Positions 23,083 through 37,991 of a stretch of 64,000 nt of DNA are shown in pieces. The DNA is from Amphiscolops sp. MND2022 (Eukaryota), in NCBI GenBank assembly GCA_964187785.1, contig OZ076409.1:38070001-38134000 (forward strand), written 5' to 3'. The translations under genes were made by a program, and so were the position numbers. Numbering within the stretch: position 1 is the first letter of the stretch; each line of letters begins with the position of its first letter. The notes below the pieces were generated by a model, which did not search any database, was not told the DNA's origin, and saw only the letters and a program-made list of their open reading frames with translations.

Positions 23083-26000
23083 TAGCGGCTACCGCGCTTA
23101 TGTATATCTTGGTATACGTCGTCGAAGGGCATGCCTCGGCATGCCCACGGACGGGGGGCGTTGATAAATATGGGGGCGCTGATATAAAATAATTGTCGTT
23201 GTAAGCAACTTGGTATTGAAAGGCACGTGCTGATTTTTCTGCATATCCAGACAGATTACCAAGATTTAACTCTATGAAAATGTCGGAACCAATATGTAAT
23301 CCTTATACTGCGTAGCTCGGGAAGGTAAGGGCCGTAGTTCGGTGCTTTTTGCGAGTACATTCTCATCTCCCCCGGAAGGGGGGGATGGAATGTACTCAAC
23401 TGTTTCAAGTAATTTGATGAGAAAAAAATGAATAAATACACAACATTTTTTATTATAACAACAAAAAAGTATGTCAAACGACAACAAAGGGTGTTGATTG
23501 ATTGCCAAACTGCCATGAATTACGTTTTGAGCAAACCATATTGCATCTCAATGGCTTTCAGATCAGATAAATACTCATAACGTTTACTATTCACGTGCTT
23601 TACACCTCCAAACATCACCTTCAAAACGTCATAAGTCAACGTTGAGCCAAGATAAAAAGACGTTCTAAACGGCATTTTTCTCCTCTAAACAAGGGCTTTG
23701 CACATGCATTCACTTGCTTTACTGGTTGGGGGGTCTTTTCCCCCACTTTGGGGGCCCAAATAACGGAAAAAAAATTTTTTGAAAATTTTTGAAATTTTCT
23801 AAGTCCCACAACTTTTCGCCCGGGAATGCTGGAACGCTGAAACTCCGTATTTAGGGCCAAATGGTTTTGCTGGGAATAAAACCGGCCAGGGGAGGCCTTT
23901 AGGCGAGTGCATTTTCGAAAAAATGGCAAAGATAAGCTGGACCGTTAGAAAAATGAAACCCCCCCGCTCCGGAAAAACGCTATATCTCCTCGAGTTTAAG
24001 TTCGATTGAGCTGAAAATTTCACACCGCATTCCTGAGACAGTTTGCAAGCTTTCTTTAGAAGGGTTTTGAAGCGCTAGCGTAAACCGGTGGCGAGATATA
24101 AGATGAAATTTAAAAAAAGTTGAAAATTTTACCCCAAAAACCGTTATTTTGGACAACAAAAAATGTTTAGCGGGAAAAACGTCAGTAGGGAATCATCTTC
24201 ACCGTGCCGAGGGGGGTACGTGTGCCAAATTTCAGCCAAATCGTATGGCTAGTTTACGAGATCCCAATTTTTTATGTCGTTTTCATCGGTTGAAAGACCC
24301 GATACCACGGAAGCGCGTCAGGGACCCTCCCCAACCGCGCAACTTCCCCCATTGTGTAAAAAAACACCGGCACCTAGCCGCTACCGCGCTAACGCATATT
24401 TTGGTGCGGGTCGTCGAAGGGCATGCCTCGGCATGCCCACGGACGGGGGGCGTTGATAAATATGGGGGCGTTGATATAAAAGAATTGTCGTTGTGAGCAA
24501 TTTGGTATTAAAAGGCACGTGCTGATTTTTCGGCTTCTCCAGACAGATTACCAAGATATAACTCTATGAAAATGTCGGAACCAATATGTAATCCTTATAC
24601 TGCGTAGCTCGGGAAGGTAAGGGCCGTAGTTCGGTGCTTTTTGCGAGTACATTCTCATCTCCCCCGGAAGGGGGGGATGGAATGTACTCAACTGTTCCAA
24701 GTTATTTGATGAGAAAAAAATGAATAAATACACAAAATTTTTTATTATAACAAAAAAAAAGTATGTCAAACGACAACAAAGGGCGTTGATTGATTGTCAA
24801 ACTGCAATGAATTACGTTTTGAGCAAACCATATTGCATCTCAATGGCTTTCAGATCAGATAAATACTCATAACGTTTACTATTCACTTGCTTTACACCTC
24901 CAAACATCACCTTCAAAACGTCATAAGTCAACGTTGAGCTAAGATAAAAAGACGTTCTAAACGGCATTTTTCTCGTCCAAACAAGGGCTTTGCACATGCA
25001 TTCACTTGTTTTACTGGTTGGGGGTCTTTTCCCCCACTTTGGAGGCCCAAATAACGGAAAAAAAATTTTTTGAAATTTTTTTTTAAATTTTCTAAGTCCC
25101 ACAACTTTTCGCCCGGGAATGCTAGAACGCTGAAACTCCGTATTTAGGGCCAAATGGTTTTGCTGGGAATAAAACCGGCCAGGGGAGGCCTTTAGGCGAG
25201 TGCATTTTCGAAAAAATGGCAAAGATAAGCTGGACCGTTAGAAAAATGAAACCCCCCCGCTCCGGAAAAACGCTATATCTCCGCGAGTTTAAGTCCGATT
25301 GAGCTGAAAATTTCACACAGCATTCCTGAGACAGTTTGCAAACTTTCGTCAGCAAGGTTTGGAAGCGCTAGCGTGTACCCGTGGCGAGATATAAGATGAA
25401 ATTTAAAAAAAGTTGAAAATTTTACCCCAAAAACCGTTATTTTGGTCAACAAAAAATGTTTAGCGAGCAAAACGTCAGTAGGGAATCATCTTCACCGTGC
25501 CGAGGGGGGTACGTGTGCCAAATTTCAGCCAAATCGTACGGCTAGTTTTCGAGATCCCAAAATTTTTGATGGGTACGTAAAGGTTAAAAAATCCGAAATC
25601 CCGGGAGCGCGTCAGGGACCCTCCCCAACCGCGCAACTTCCCCCTTTGTGTAAAAAAACACCGGCACCTAGCGGCTACCGCGCTCCAGGTATATCTTGGT
25701 ATACGTCGTCGAAGGGCATGCCTCGGCATGCCCACGGACGGGGGGCGTTGATGCAAGTAGGGGGGCGCTGACGTTAGAGATGGTTTTTGGTGAGGGAAGT
25801 TTCAAAATAGGTAAGAAACGTTCACTTTGTCGAGTCACAGTGTACAAAAAGAAGAATTTTTTCCACAAAATGAAACAATTTTCAATCTCTTTTGTGTTGG
25901 GGAAGATATAGACCGTAGTTCGCGGCCTTTAGCGAGTACATTCTCATCTCCCCCGGGAAGGGAGATGGAATGTACTCAACTGTTTCAAGTTATTTGATGA

Positions 26001-29000
26001 AAAACAAATGAATAAATACACAGAAAAAATGTTATTATAGAAAAGAAAAATACGTCAAAAGACACCAAAGGGTGTTAATGGACAGCGAAACTGCAATGAA
26101 ATACGTTTTGAGCAAAACATGTTGTATCTCAGTGGCTTTCAGATGGGATAAAGACTCAAAACATCAATTTTCCGTATCTAACGGTCACCTTCAAAACGTC
26201 ATAAGACAACGTTGAGCCAAGATAAAAAGACGTTCTAAACGCCATTTTTCTCATCTAACTAAGGGCTTTCCACATGCATTCACTTGCTTTACTGGTTGGG
26301 GGGTCTTTTCCCCCACTTTGGGGGCCCAAATAACGGAAAAAATTTTTTTTTAAAATTTTTGAAATTTTCTAAGTCCCACAACTTTTCGCCCGGGAATGCT
26401 GGAACGCTGAAACTCCGTATTTAGGGCCAAATGGTTTTGCTGGGAATAAAACCGGCCAGGGGAGGCCTTTAGGCGAGTGCATTTTCGAAAAAATGGCAAA
26501 GATAAGCTGGACCGTTAGAAAAATGAAACCCCCCCCTCCGGAAAAACGCTATATCTCCTCGAGTTTGAGTCCGATTGAGCTGAAAATTTCACACCGCATT
26601 CCTGAGACAGTTTGCAAACTTTCGTCAGCAAGGTTTTGAAGCGCTAGCGTAAACCCGTGGCGAGATATAAGATGAAATTTAAAAAAAATCAAAAATTTTC
26701 CACCAAAAACCGTTATTTTGGACAACAAAAAATGTTTAGCGGGAAAAACGTCAGTAGGAAATCATCTTCACCGTGCCGAGGGGGGTACGTGTGCCAAATT
26801 TCAGCCAAATCGTATGGCTAGTTTAGGAGATCGTCGAAATCACATGCCCGTTTAGGAGTTGGAAACACCTGGATCTTAAAGCGCGCAAAGGGACCCTCCC
26901 CAAGGCGCGCAAACTTGTCGAATAGAAAATCCCGGCACCTAGCGGCTACCGCGCTCGGGAGTATATCTTGGTATACGTCGTCGAAGGGCATGCCTCGGCA
27001 TGCCCACGGACGGGGGGCGTTGATAAATATGGGGGCGTTGATATAAAAAAATTGTCGTTGTCAGCAATTTGCTATAAAAGAGCACTTGCTGATTTTTCTC
27101 CATATTCAGTCAAATTACCAAGATATAACACTACCAAAAAGTCGGAACCAACATGCAATCTTTATACTGCGTAGCGCAGGAAGGTATGGGCTCTTGTTCG
27201 CGGCTTTTAGCGAGTACATTTCCATCTCCCCCGGAAGGGGGGGATGGAATGTACTCAACTGTTTCAAGTTATTCTATTTAAAAAAAATTAATAAAGACAC
27301 AAAATTTTTTATTATATCAACAGAAAAATATAACAAAAGACACCAAATTGTGTTCATTGACTGCCAAATTGCATTGAATTACGTTTTGAGCAAAACAGAT
27401 TGCATCTCAATGGCTTTTAGAAGAGATAAAGACACAAAAAATTACCTTTTCACATGCTTCACACATCCAAACATCACCTTCAAAACAACATAAGTCAACA
27501 ACAGGTTAAAATAAAAAGACGATCTAAAAAGCATTTTTCGCCGCTAAACATGGCCTTTCCACATGAATTCACTCAAATTACTGGTTGGGGGGTCTTTTCC
27601 CCCACTTTGGGGGCCCAAATAACGAAAAAAAAATTTTTGAAAATTTTTGAAATTTACTAAGTACCACAACTTTTCGCCCCGGAATGCTAGAACGCTGAAA
27701 CTCCGTATTTAGGGCCAAATGGTTTTTTTGGGAGTAAAACCGGCCAGGGGAGGCCTTTAGGCGAGTGCATTTTCGAAAAAATGGCAAAGATAAGCTGGAC
27801 CGTTAGAAAAATGAAACCCCCCCGCTCCGGAAAAACGCTATATCTCCCCGAGTTTAAGTCCGATTGAGCTGAAAATTTCACACAGCATTCCTGAGACAGT
27901 TTGCGAGGTTTCGTCAGCAAGGTTTGGAAGCGCTAGCGTGGACCCGTGGCGAGATATAAGATAAAATTTAAAAAAAATCAAAAATTTTCCACCAAAAACC
28001 GTTATTTTGGTCAACAAAAAATGTTTAGCGGGAAAAACGTCAGTAGGAAATCATCTTCACCGTGCCGAGGGGGGTACGTGTGCCAAATTTCAGCCAAATC
28101 GTGTGGCTAGTTTTCGAGATCCGAGATAACCGATGTGTGAATTTGGAGTAGGAAAACCGAAAACACAGGAGCGCGCCAGGGGCCCTACCCACACGCGCAG
28201 AATTCCTTATCGAATGGAAATCCCGGCACCTAGGCTAACGCGTTAACGCATATCTTGGTATACGTCGTCGAAGGGCATGCCTCGGCATGCCCACGGACGG
28301 GGGCATGGATAAATATGGGGGCGTTGATATAAAATAATTGTCGTTGTAAGCAACTTGGTATTAAAAGGCACGTGCTGATTTTTCTGCATATCCAGACAGA
28401 TTACCAAGATTTAACTCTATGAAAATGTCGGAACCAATATGTAATCCTTATACTGCGTAGCTCGGGAAGGTAAGGGCAGTAGTTCGTTGCTTTTTGCGAG
28501 TACATTCTCATCTCCCCCGGAAGGGGGGGATGGAATGTACTCAACTGTTTCAAGTTATTTGATGAGAAAAAAATGAATAAATACACAAAATTTTTTATAA
28601 TAACAACAAAAAAGTATGTCAAACGACAACAAAGGGTGTTGATTGATTGCCAAACTGCAATGAATTACGTTTTGAGCAAACCATATTGCATCTCAATGGC
28701 TTTCAGATCAGATAAATACTCATAACGTTTACTATTCACGTGCTTTACACCTCCAAACATCACCTTCAAAACGTCATAAGTCAACGTTGAGCCAAGATAA
28801 AAAGACGTTCTAAACGGTATTTTTCTCCTCTAAACAAGGGCTTTGCACATGCATTCACTTGCTTTACTGGTTGGGGGGTCTTTTCCCCCACTTTGTGGGC
28901 CCAAATAACGCAAAAAAAATTTTGAAAATTTTTGAAATTTTCTAAGTCCCACAACTTTTTGCCCGGGAATGCTGGAACGCTGAAACTCCGTATTTAGGGC

Positions 29001-32000
29001 CAAATGGTTTTGCTGGGGATAAAACCGGCCAGGGGAGGCCTTTAGGCGAGTGCATTTTCGAAAAAATGGCAAAGATAAGCTGGACCGTTAGAAAAATGAA
29101 ACCCCCCCGCTGCGGAAAAACGCTATATCTCCTCGAGTTTAAGTCCGATTGAGCTGAAATTTTCACACAGCATTTCTGAGACAGTTTGCAAACTTTCGTC
29201 AGCAAGGTTTGGAAGCGCTAGCGTGCACCCGTGGCGAGATATAAGATGAAATTTAAAAAAAGTTGAAAATTTTACCCCAAAAACCGTTATTTTGGTCAAC
29301 AAAAAATGTTTAGCGGGAAAAACGTCAGTAGGGAATCATCTTCACCGTGCCGAGGGGGGTACGTGTGCCAAATTTCAGCCAAATCGTATGGCTAGTTTAC
29401 GAGATCCCAATTTTTTATGTCGTTTTCATCGGTTGAAAGACCCGATACCACGGAAGCGCGTCAGGGACCCTCCCCAACCGCGCAACTTCCCCCATTGTGT
29501 AAAAAAACACCGGCACCTAGCAGCTACCGCGCTAACGCATATTTTGGTGCGGGTCGTCGAAGGGCATGCCTCGGCATGCCCACGGACGGGGGGCGTTGAT
29601 AAATATGGGGGCGTTGATATAAAATAATTGTCGTTGTGAGCAACTTGGTATTAAAAGGCACGTGCTGATTTTTCGGCATATCCAGACAGATTACCAAGAT
29701 ATAACTCTATGAAAATGTCGGAACCAATATGTAATCCTTATACTGCGTAGCTCGGGAAGGTAAGGGCCGTAGTTCGGTGCTTTTTGCGAGTACATTCTCA
29801 TCTCCCCCGGAAGGGGGAGATGGAATGTACTCAACTGTTCCAAGTTATTTGATGAGAAAAAAATGAATAAATACACAAAATTTTTTATTATAACAACAAA
29901 AAAGTATGTCAAACGACAACAAAGGGTGTTGATTGATTGCCAAACTGCAATGAATTACGTTTTGAGCAAACCATATTGCATCTCAATGGCTTTCAGATCA
30001 GATAAATACTCATAACGTTGACTATTCACTTGCTTTACACCTCCAAACATCACCTTCAAAACGTCATAAGTCAACGTTGAGTCAAGATAAAAAGACGTTC
30101 TAAACGGCATTTTTCTCGTCCAAACAAGGGCTTTCCACATGCATTCACTTGCTTTACTGGTTGGGGGCCTTTTCCCCCACTTTGGGGGCCCAAATAGCGG
30201 AAAAATTTTTTTTTGAAAATTTTTGAAATTTTCTAAGTCCCACAACTTTTCGCCCGGAAATGCTGGAACGCTGAAACTCCGTATTTAGGGCCAAATGGTT
30301 TTGCTGGGAATAAAACCGGCCAGGGGAGGCCTTTAGGCGAGTGCATTTTCGAAAAATGGCAAAGATAAGCTGGACCGTTAGAAAAATGAAACCCCCCCGC
30401 TCCGGAAAAACGCTATATCTCCTCGAGTTTAAGTCCGATTGAGCTGAAAATTTCACACAGCATTCCTGAGACAGTTTGCAAGGTTTCGTCAGCAAGGTTT
30501 GGAAGCGCTAGCGTGTACCCGTGGCGAGATATAAGATGAAATTTAAAAAAAGTTGAAAATTTTACCCCAAAAACCGTTATTTTGGTCAACAAAAAATGTT
30601 TAGCGAGCAAAACGTCAGTAGGGAATCATCTTCACCGTGCCGAGGGGGGTACGTGTGCCAAATTTCAGCCAAATCGTACGGCTAGTTTTCGAGATCCCAA
30701 AATTTTTGATGGGTACGTAAAGGTTAAAAAATCCGAAATCCCGGGAGCGCGTCAGGGACCCTCCCCACACGCGCAACATCCCCCTTTGTGTAAAAAAACA
30801 CCGGCACCTAGGCTAACGCGCTCGAACATATCTTGGTATACGTCGTCGAAGGGCATGCCTCGGCATGCCCACGGACGGGGGGCGTTGATAAATATGGGGG
30901 CGTTGAAATAAAATAATTGTCGTTGTGAGCAACTTGGTATAAAAAAGCACGTGCTGGTTTTTCTGCATATCCAGACAGATTACCAAGATTTAACTCTATG
31001 AAAATGTCGGAACCAATATGTAATCCTTATACTGCGTAGCTCGGGAAGGTAAGGGCTGTAGTTCGGTGCTTTTTGCGAGTACATTCTCATCTCCCCCGGA
31101 AGGGGGGATGGAATGTACTCAACTGTTTCAAGTTATTCGATGAGAAAAAAATGAATGAATACACAAAATTTTTTATTATAACCACAAAAAAGTATGTCAA
31201 ACGACAACAAAGGGTGTTGATTGATTGCCAAACTGCCATGAATTACGTTTTGAGCAAACCATATTGCATCTCAATGGCTTTCAGATCAGATAAATACTCA
31301 TAACGTTTACTATTCACGTGCTTTACACCTCCAAACATCACCTTCAAAACGTCATAAGTCAACGTTGAGCCAAGATAAAAAGACGTTCTAAACGGCATTT
31401 TTCTCCTCTAAACAAGGGCTTTGCACATGCATTCACTTGCCTTATTGGTTGGGGGGTCTTTTCCCCCACTTTGGGGGCCCAAATAACGGAAAAAAATTTT
31501 TTTGAAAATTTTTGAACTTTTCTAAGTCCCACAACTTTTCGCCCGGGAATGCTGGAACGCTGAAACTCCGTATTTAGGGCCAAATGGTTTTGCTGGGAAT
31601 AAAACCGGCCAGGGGAGGCCTTTAGGCGAATGCATTTCCGAAAAAAAGGCAAAGATAAGCTGGACCGTTAGAAAAATGAAACCCCCCCGCTCCGGAAAAA
31701 CGCTATATCTCCTCGAGTTTAAGTCCGATTGAGCTGAAAATTTCACACAGCATTCCTGAGACAGTTTGCAAACTTTCGTCAGCAAGGTTTGGAAGCGCTA
31801 GCGTGCACCCGTGGCGAGATATAAGATGAAATTTAAAAAAAGTTGAAAATTTTACCCCAAAAACCGTTATTTTGGTCAACAAAAAATGTTTAGCGGGAAA
31901 AACGTCAGTAGGGAATCATCTTCACCGTGCCGAGGGGGGTACGTGTGCCAAATTTCAGCCAAATCGTACGGCTAGTTTTCGAGATCCCAAAATTTTTGAT

Positions 32001-32098
32001 GGGTACGTAAAGGTTAAAAAATCCGAAATCCCGGGAGCGCGTCAGGGACCCTCCCCACACGCGCAACTTCCCCCATTGTGTAAAAAAACACCGGCACC
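23083..32098 (+). mobile_element. Seven class B cassettes
   Basis: Units start at 23083, 24375, 25669, 26940, 28231, 29518 and 30809, with lengths 1271-1294 bp. Confidence 0.7.
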
Positions 32099-34113
32099 CA
32101 GGACTGCGGGCGTCGGGTTAAAGGTATTTGGCATACGTCGTCGAAGGGCATGCCTCGGCATGCCCACAGACGATGGGCGTTGATGTATGCTATGGGGCGT
32201 CGGTTGAAGTTTGAGCAACGGTAAGGTGCGGTTTCAGCTTCAAATATTTAAACGAAGCAAGGTTGTCTACGATTTTTAGTATTGTTACTAAGGTTCATCC
32301 AAGAAAATTGGTTCGATAAAGTGTTTTCAGAGTATTTAGACCACATTAAAAGAGATTAAAAAAAGCATTTCCGACAAATATTCAGGAAACTAATATCCTA
32401 ATAACGAAAACTAGACATAGTTTTAGTGCTTGGTATACTCTTGTTGATACTCTAATTGACACTAAAGCATTACAAATGTACCCAAAAACTTCTTTGTTGC
32501 ATGAGTCTTGAAGGATAGCCTTTCCAAGTTGACACAAGGCCAACTTGAAAGGCTATCATATTATAACGGTTATGTTTTTTGAGGTTTTGGTGTTCCACAA
32601 ACTACTATGAAAAAATTTAAACTCTTCAAAAATGGTCCTTATTAGCCTACAATAGAGATTTATTACACAAAAGTACGTTTTGACACATTTTAAAACCCGA
32701 AAAACATACTCAGACCCAACGTGTTGGACTTCCGGGGCAATATACCGTTACCCCCCACCATGTAATTGGACTATATTCACCTCTGGAAGAAATTGAAACA
32801 CCTAACATGTACTTTATTCGGTTAAATAACAAACATTTTTAATCAAAAAACACAAAATGTTACATTTTTTTGGTCATTTCCGGGGCCAGGGGGACTTCCG
32901 GGTCATCATAACGGTTAATCCGGAATGCTCGTCACACTTCACGTCTTCCATCATATGGTGTCCAAAGTCATATTACCCCTCCTTCCTGCCCGAAATGGCC
33001 TTCAAAAACTATAAAAATCCCATTTTTCACTACATAACGGTCATTTCCGACCTAACGGGCCAACAGGGTGTGACTGAAACTAAATCCCCCAACTCGTCTC
33101 AATGAGTACTACAATATGTTACCTAACGTTGCCACGCTGGGACCGACACTTTGGGCTCAAAAAGTGACATTTCCGGTCACATAGCGGTTAGGCTGGGGGG
33201 CCAAGTCCGTAACGGTGATAGATAGCGGAAATCTGTTCGCCCCCCTGAAGGCACCATATCATGGGTATGAAACCTTGTAGTAGTGAAGGACACGATAGCT
33301 CCACGCGTTCACGAGTTAATTTCACTTCAATGCCCGTTTTACGGTTTTACCCCCAAAAAAAGGAGGCAGTCACCCCATTAGCGGCTAACGGGTCCGTTCA
33401 AAGGGTCCCAAACCACATGTTTCCAATAGGTCCTTGTCTAAACGTACTTTTGATATAAGGCACCCGACGCGCTACTACCACTCCTTCACACCGGAAATAA
33501 CGGGGAAAATTGGCGGGGGCCACATTTAAAACCCACATAACGGTCATTTCCCGTCCGAGGGGTTAACCGGGGTCATTAAATTACATGTCCCCCACTACGT
33601 CCCCAGATGCTCTACAAAACATTACCAGACGACCCCGCACTCAGACAACTCCTTCCCGGTCAAAAAGTGCAATTTCCGGTAAAATAGCGGTTTGAAACCC
33701 CCAAACTACCGTTAATATCTCCCCAAGTTTCAGTCCGATATGGACCAAAATTTGTGTACGTACGCTTCTTGACGTGCCCAACAATAAATCAGCAAGGCGT
33801 TACTGCGCTGGACCAACCAGTCCCGAGTAATTGGCTGTGAAATGCAAAATTTTCAAAAAAACGCTATTTTTTACCCCAAAAACCGTTATATTGACCCACT
33901 TTTCGATTTTTGCCGGGAAAACGTCAGTAGTAAATGTTTCTTAGAATTGTTATAGGAAGCCGTGTGCCAAATTTCAGCCGAATCGTACGGCTAGTTTTCG
34001 AGATCGCATTTTTTTGACCCGGTCGCGGATAGGCTATTTTTGGTATCTAAGGCTCGCGACAGGACCCGTCTCCCGCGCTCGCAAATAAAGGTGGGGAGAA
34101 AACCCCGACCACC
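32099..34113 (+). mobile_element. Class C2 cassette (2015 bp), copy 1
   Basis: Starts CAGGACTGCGGGCGTCGGG and ends CAGGACCCGTCTCCCG...CCCGACCACC. Near-identical to 37992-40008 and 45185-47199. Confidence 0.7.
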
Positions 34114-37100
34114 TAGCGGCTACCGCGCTCGGGAGTATATCTTGGTATACGTCGTCGAAGGGCATGCCTCGGCATGCCCACGGACGGTGGGCGTTGATGT
34201 GAACTATGGGGCGTTGATGTAAAAGAGATGGCGTTGTTAAGATACTTGATATAAAAGAGCACGTGCGGCATTTTCTTCATTTCCAGTCAAATTACAAAGA
34301 TAAAATTATGTCAAAATATCTGGATCAAAACGCAATTTTTATGGGGCGTTGCTCGGGGAAGGTAAGTACTGTAGTACCTGGTCTCTAAAGAGTACATTCT
34401 CATCTCCCCCGTGAAGGGAGATGGAATGTACTCAACTGTTTCGAGTCATGAGATCAGAAAAAAAATGTGAATAATTATAAATAATTTTTGATTTTAGTCG
34501 GAAAAATTTTTTAAAACAGAGTCAAAAGACACAAAAAAGTGTTGATGCATTGCTAAATTAGAATTAAACACGTTCTGAGTCACACACCGTGTATTTCAAT
34601 GACTTTTAGAAGAGCTAAAGACACAATAAATTACCTTTTCACATGCTTCACACATCCAAACATCACCTTCAAAAAAACATAAGTCAACGACATGTTAAAA
34701 TAAAAAGACGATCTAAACGGCATTTTTCTTCTCTAAACATGGCCTTTCCACATGAATTCACTCAAATTACTGGTTGGGGGGTCTTTTCCCCTCGGGGGGG
34801 AGGGCGGAAAACGGAAAATTTTTTTTTTGAAAAATTTTGAAATTTTTCTAAGTCCCACAACTTTTCGCCCGGGAATGCTGGAACGCTGAAACTCCGTATT
34901 TAGGGCCAAATGGTTTTGCTGGGATTAAAACCGGCCAGGGGAGGCCTTTAGGCGAGTACATTTTCGAAAAAATGGCAAAGATAAGCTGGACCGTTAGAAA
35001 AATTTCCAAAAAATTCCCAAAAAATGCCGTTATATCTCCAAGACTATTTGTCCGATCGAAACGAGCCTAGGTTCTCCGTAAAGCCCATGAACCGTAGAGT
35101 TTATAATCAGTTTAACGCGTCCCGCTCCGGGCACCCTGAAAAAAGATATGGGCTCCGAAAAAAAAATTTTTTGAAAAAATTGCATTTTTTGGCCAAAAAA
35201 ACCGTTATAAGTCAACAAAAAAAATTTTCCGGGCAAAACGCCAGTAGGAAATGTTTCTTAGAACTGTCATAGGAACTCACATGCCAAATTTCAGCCGAAT
35301 CGTATGGATAGTTTAGAAAATCGCTCCGAAAGCAGCCGGAAATTGCAGATTTTAAAACAGGGACACAAGAGCGCGCCACGGGGCCCTACCCACACGCGCA
35401 ACATACTTTAATGAATAGAAATCCGGGCACCTAGCAGCTACCGCGCTAACGCATATTTTGGTGCGGGTCGTCGAAGGGCATGCCTCGGCATGCCCACGGA
35501 CGGGGGGCGTTGATAAATATGGGGGCGTTGATATAAAATAATTGTCGTTGTGAGCAACTTGGTATTAAAAGGCACGTGCTGATTTTTCGGCATATCCAGA
35601 CAGATTACCAAGATATAACTCTATGAAAATGTCGGAACCAATATGTAATCCTTATACTGCGTAGCTCGGGAAGGTAAGGGCCGTAGTTCGGTGCTTTTTG
35701 CGAGTACATTCTCATCTCCCCCGGAAGGGGGGGATGGAATGTACTCAACTGTTTCAAGTTATTTGATGAGAAAAAAATGAATAATTACACAAAATTTTTT
35801 TTATAACAACAAAAAAGTATGTCAAACGACAACAAAGGGTGTTGATTGATTGCCAAACTGCAATGAATTACGTTTTGAGCAAACCATATTGCATCTCAAT
35901 GGCTTTCAGATCAGATAAATACTCATAACGTTTACTATTCACTTGCTTTACACCTCCAAACATCACCTTCAAAACGTCATAAGTCAACGTTGAGTCAAGA
36001 TAAAAAGACGTTCTAAACGGCATTTTTCTCGTCCAAACAAGGGCTTTGCACATGCATTCACTTGCTTTACTGGTTGGGGGGTCTTTTCCCCCACTTTGGG
36101 GGCCCAAATAAAGGAAAAAAAAAATTTTGAAAATTTTTGAAATTTTCTAAGTCCCACAACTTTTCGCCCGGAAATGCTGGAACGCTGAAACTCCGTATTT
36201 AGGGCCAAATGGTTTTGCTGGGAATAAAACCGGCCAGGGGAGGCCTTTAGACGAGTACATTTTTGAAAAAATGGCAAAGATAAGCTGGACCGTTAGAAAA
36301 ATGAAACCCCCCCGCTCCGGAAAAACGCTATATCTCCTCGAGTTTGAGTCCGATTGAGCTGAAAATTTCACACAGCATTCCTGAGACAGTTTGCAAACTT
36401 TCGTCAGCAAGGTTTGAAAGCGCTAGCGTGTACCCGTGGCGAGATATAAGATAAAATTTAAAAAAAGTTGAAAATTTTACCCCAAAAACCGTTATTTTGG
36501 TCAACAAAAAATGTTTAGCGAGCAAAACGTCAGTAGGGAATCATCTTCACCGTGCCGAGGGGGGTACGTGTGCCAAATTTCAGCCAAATCGTATGGCTAG
36601 TTTACGAGATCTCAATTTTCTTTGTCGATTTCACTAGTTGAAAAACCTGATCTCACGGAAGCGCGTCAGGGACCCTCCCCAACCGCGCAACTTCCCCCAT
36701 TGTGTAAAAAGACACCGGCACCTAGCGGCTACCGCGTTCGAATATATTTTGCTATACGTCGTCGAAGGGCATGCCTCGGCATGCCCACGGACGGGGGGCG
36801 TTGATGTGTGTGGGGGGCGTTGACGTTAGAGATGAGTTGTGGTATGGTGAGATTCAAAGTAAGTAAGAAACGTTCACTTTGTCGGGTCACAGAGTGCAAA
36901 AAGAAGTTTTCTGCGACAAACTGAAACAATTTGCAATCTCTTTTGTGTTGTGGAAGATATAGACCGTAGTTCCTGACCTTTAGCGAGTACATTCTCATCT
37001 CCCCCGGGAAGGGAGATGGAATGTACTCAACTGTTTCAAGTTATTTGATGAGAAAAAAATGAATAAATACACAAAGAAATTGTTATTATAGAAAAGAAAA

Positions 37101-37991
37101 TTACGTCAAAAGACACCAAAGGGTGTTAATGGACAGCGAAACTGCAATGAAACACGTTTTGAGCAAAACATGTTGTATCTCAATGGCTTTCAGATGGGAT
37201 AAAGACTCAAAACATCAATTTTCCGTATCTAACGGTCACCTTCAAAACGACAAAAGTCAATGTCAAGTTACGATAAAAAAACGTTCTAAACGCCATTTTT
37301 CTCGTCTAAACAAGGGCTTTTCACATGCATCCACTTGCTTTACTGGTTGGGGGGTCTTTTGCCCCACTTTGGGGGCCCAAAAAACGGAAAAAATTTTTTT
37401 GAAAATTTTTGAAATTTTCTAAGTCCCACAACTTTTCGCCCGGGAATGCTGGAACGCTGAAACTCCGTATTTAGGGCCAAATGGTTTTGCTGGGAATAAA
37501 ACCGGCCAGGGGAGGCCTTTAGGCGAGTGCATTTTCGAAAAAATGGCAAAGATAAGCTGGACCGTTAGAAAAATGAAACCCCCCCGCTCCGGAAAAACGC
37601 TATATCTCCTCGAGTTTAAGTCCGATTGGGCTGAAATTTTCACACCGCATTCCTGAGACAGTTTGCAAACTTTCGTTAGCAAAGTTTTGAAGCGCTAGCG
37701 TAAACCCGTGGCGAGATATAAGACGAAATTTAAAAAAAGTTCAAAATTTTCCCCCAAAAACCGTTATTTTGGTCAACAAAAAATGTTTAGCGGGCAAAAC
37801 GTCAGTAGGGAATCATCTTCACCGTGCCGAGGGGGGTACGTGTGCCAAATTTCAGCCAAATCGTGTGGCTAGTTTACGAGATCGTCGAAATCACATCGTG
37901 AATTTGGAGTAGGTGTACCCGAAATAAAAGAGCGCGCCAGGGGCCCTACCCACACGCGCCACATACTCGAACGAATAGTAATCCCGGCACC
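34114..37991 (+). mobile_element. Three class B cassettes
   Basis: Units start at 34114 (1318 bp, distinct subtype also at 42578), 35432 and 36723 (1269 bp, near-identical to 60785-62053). Confidence 0.7.
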
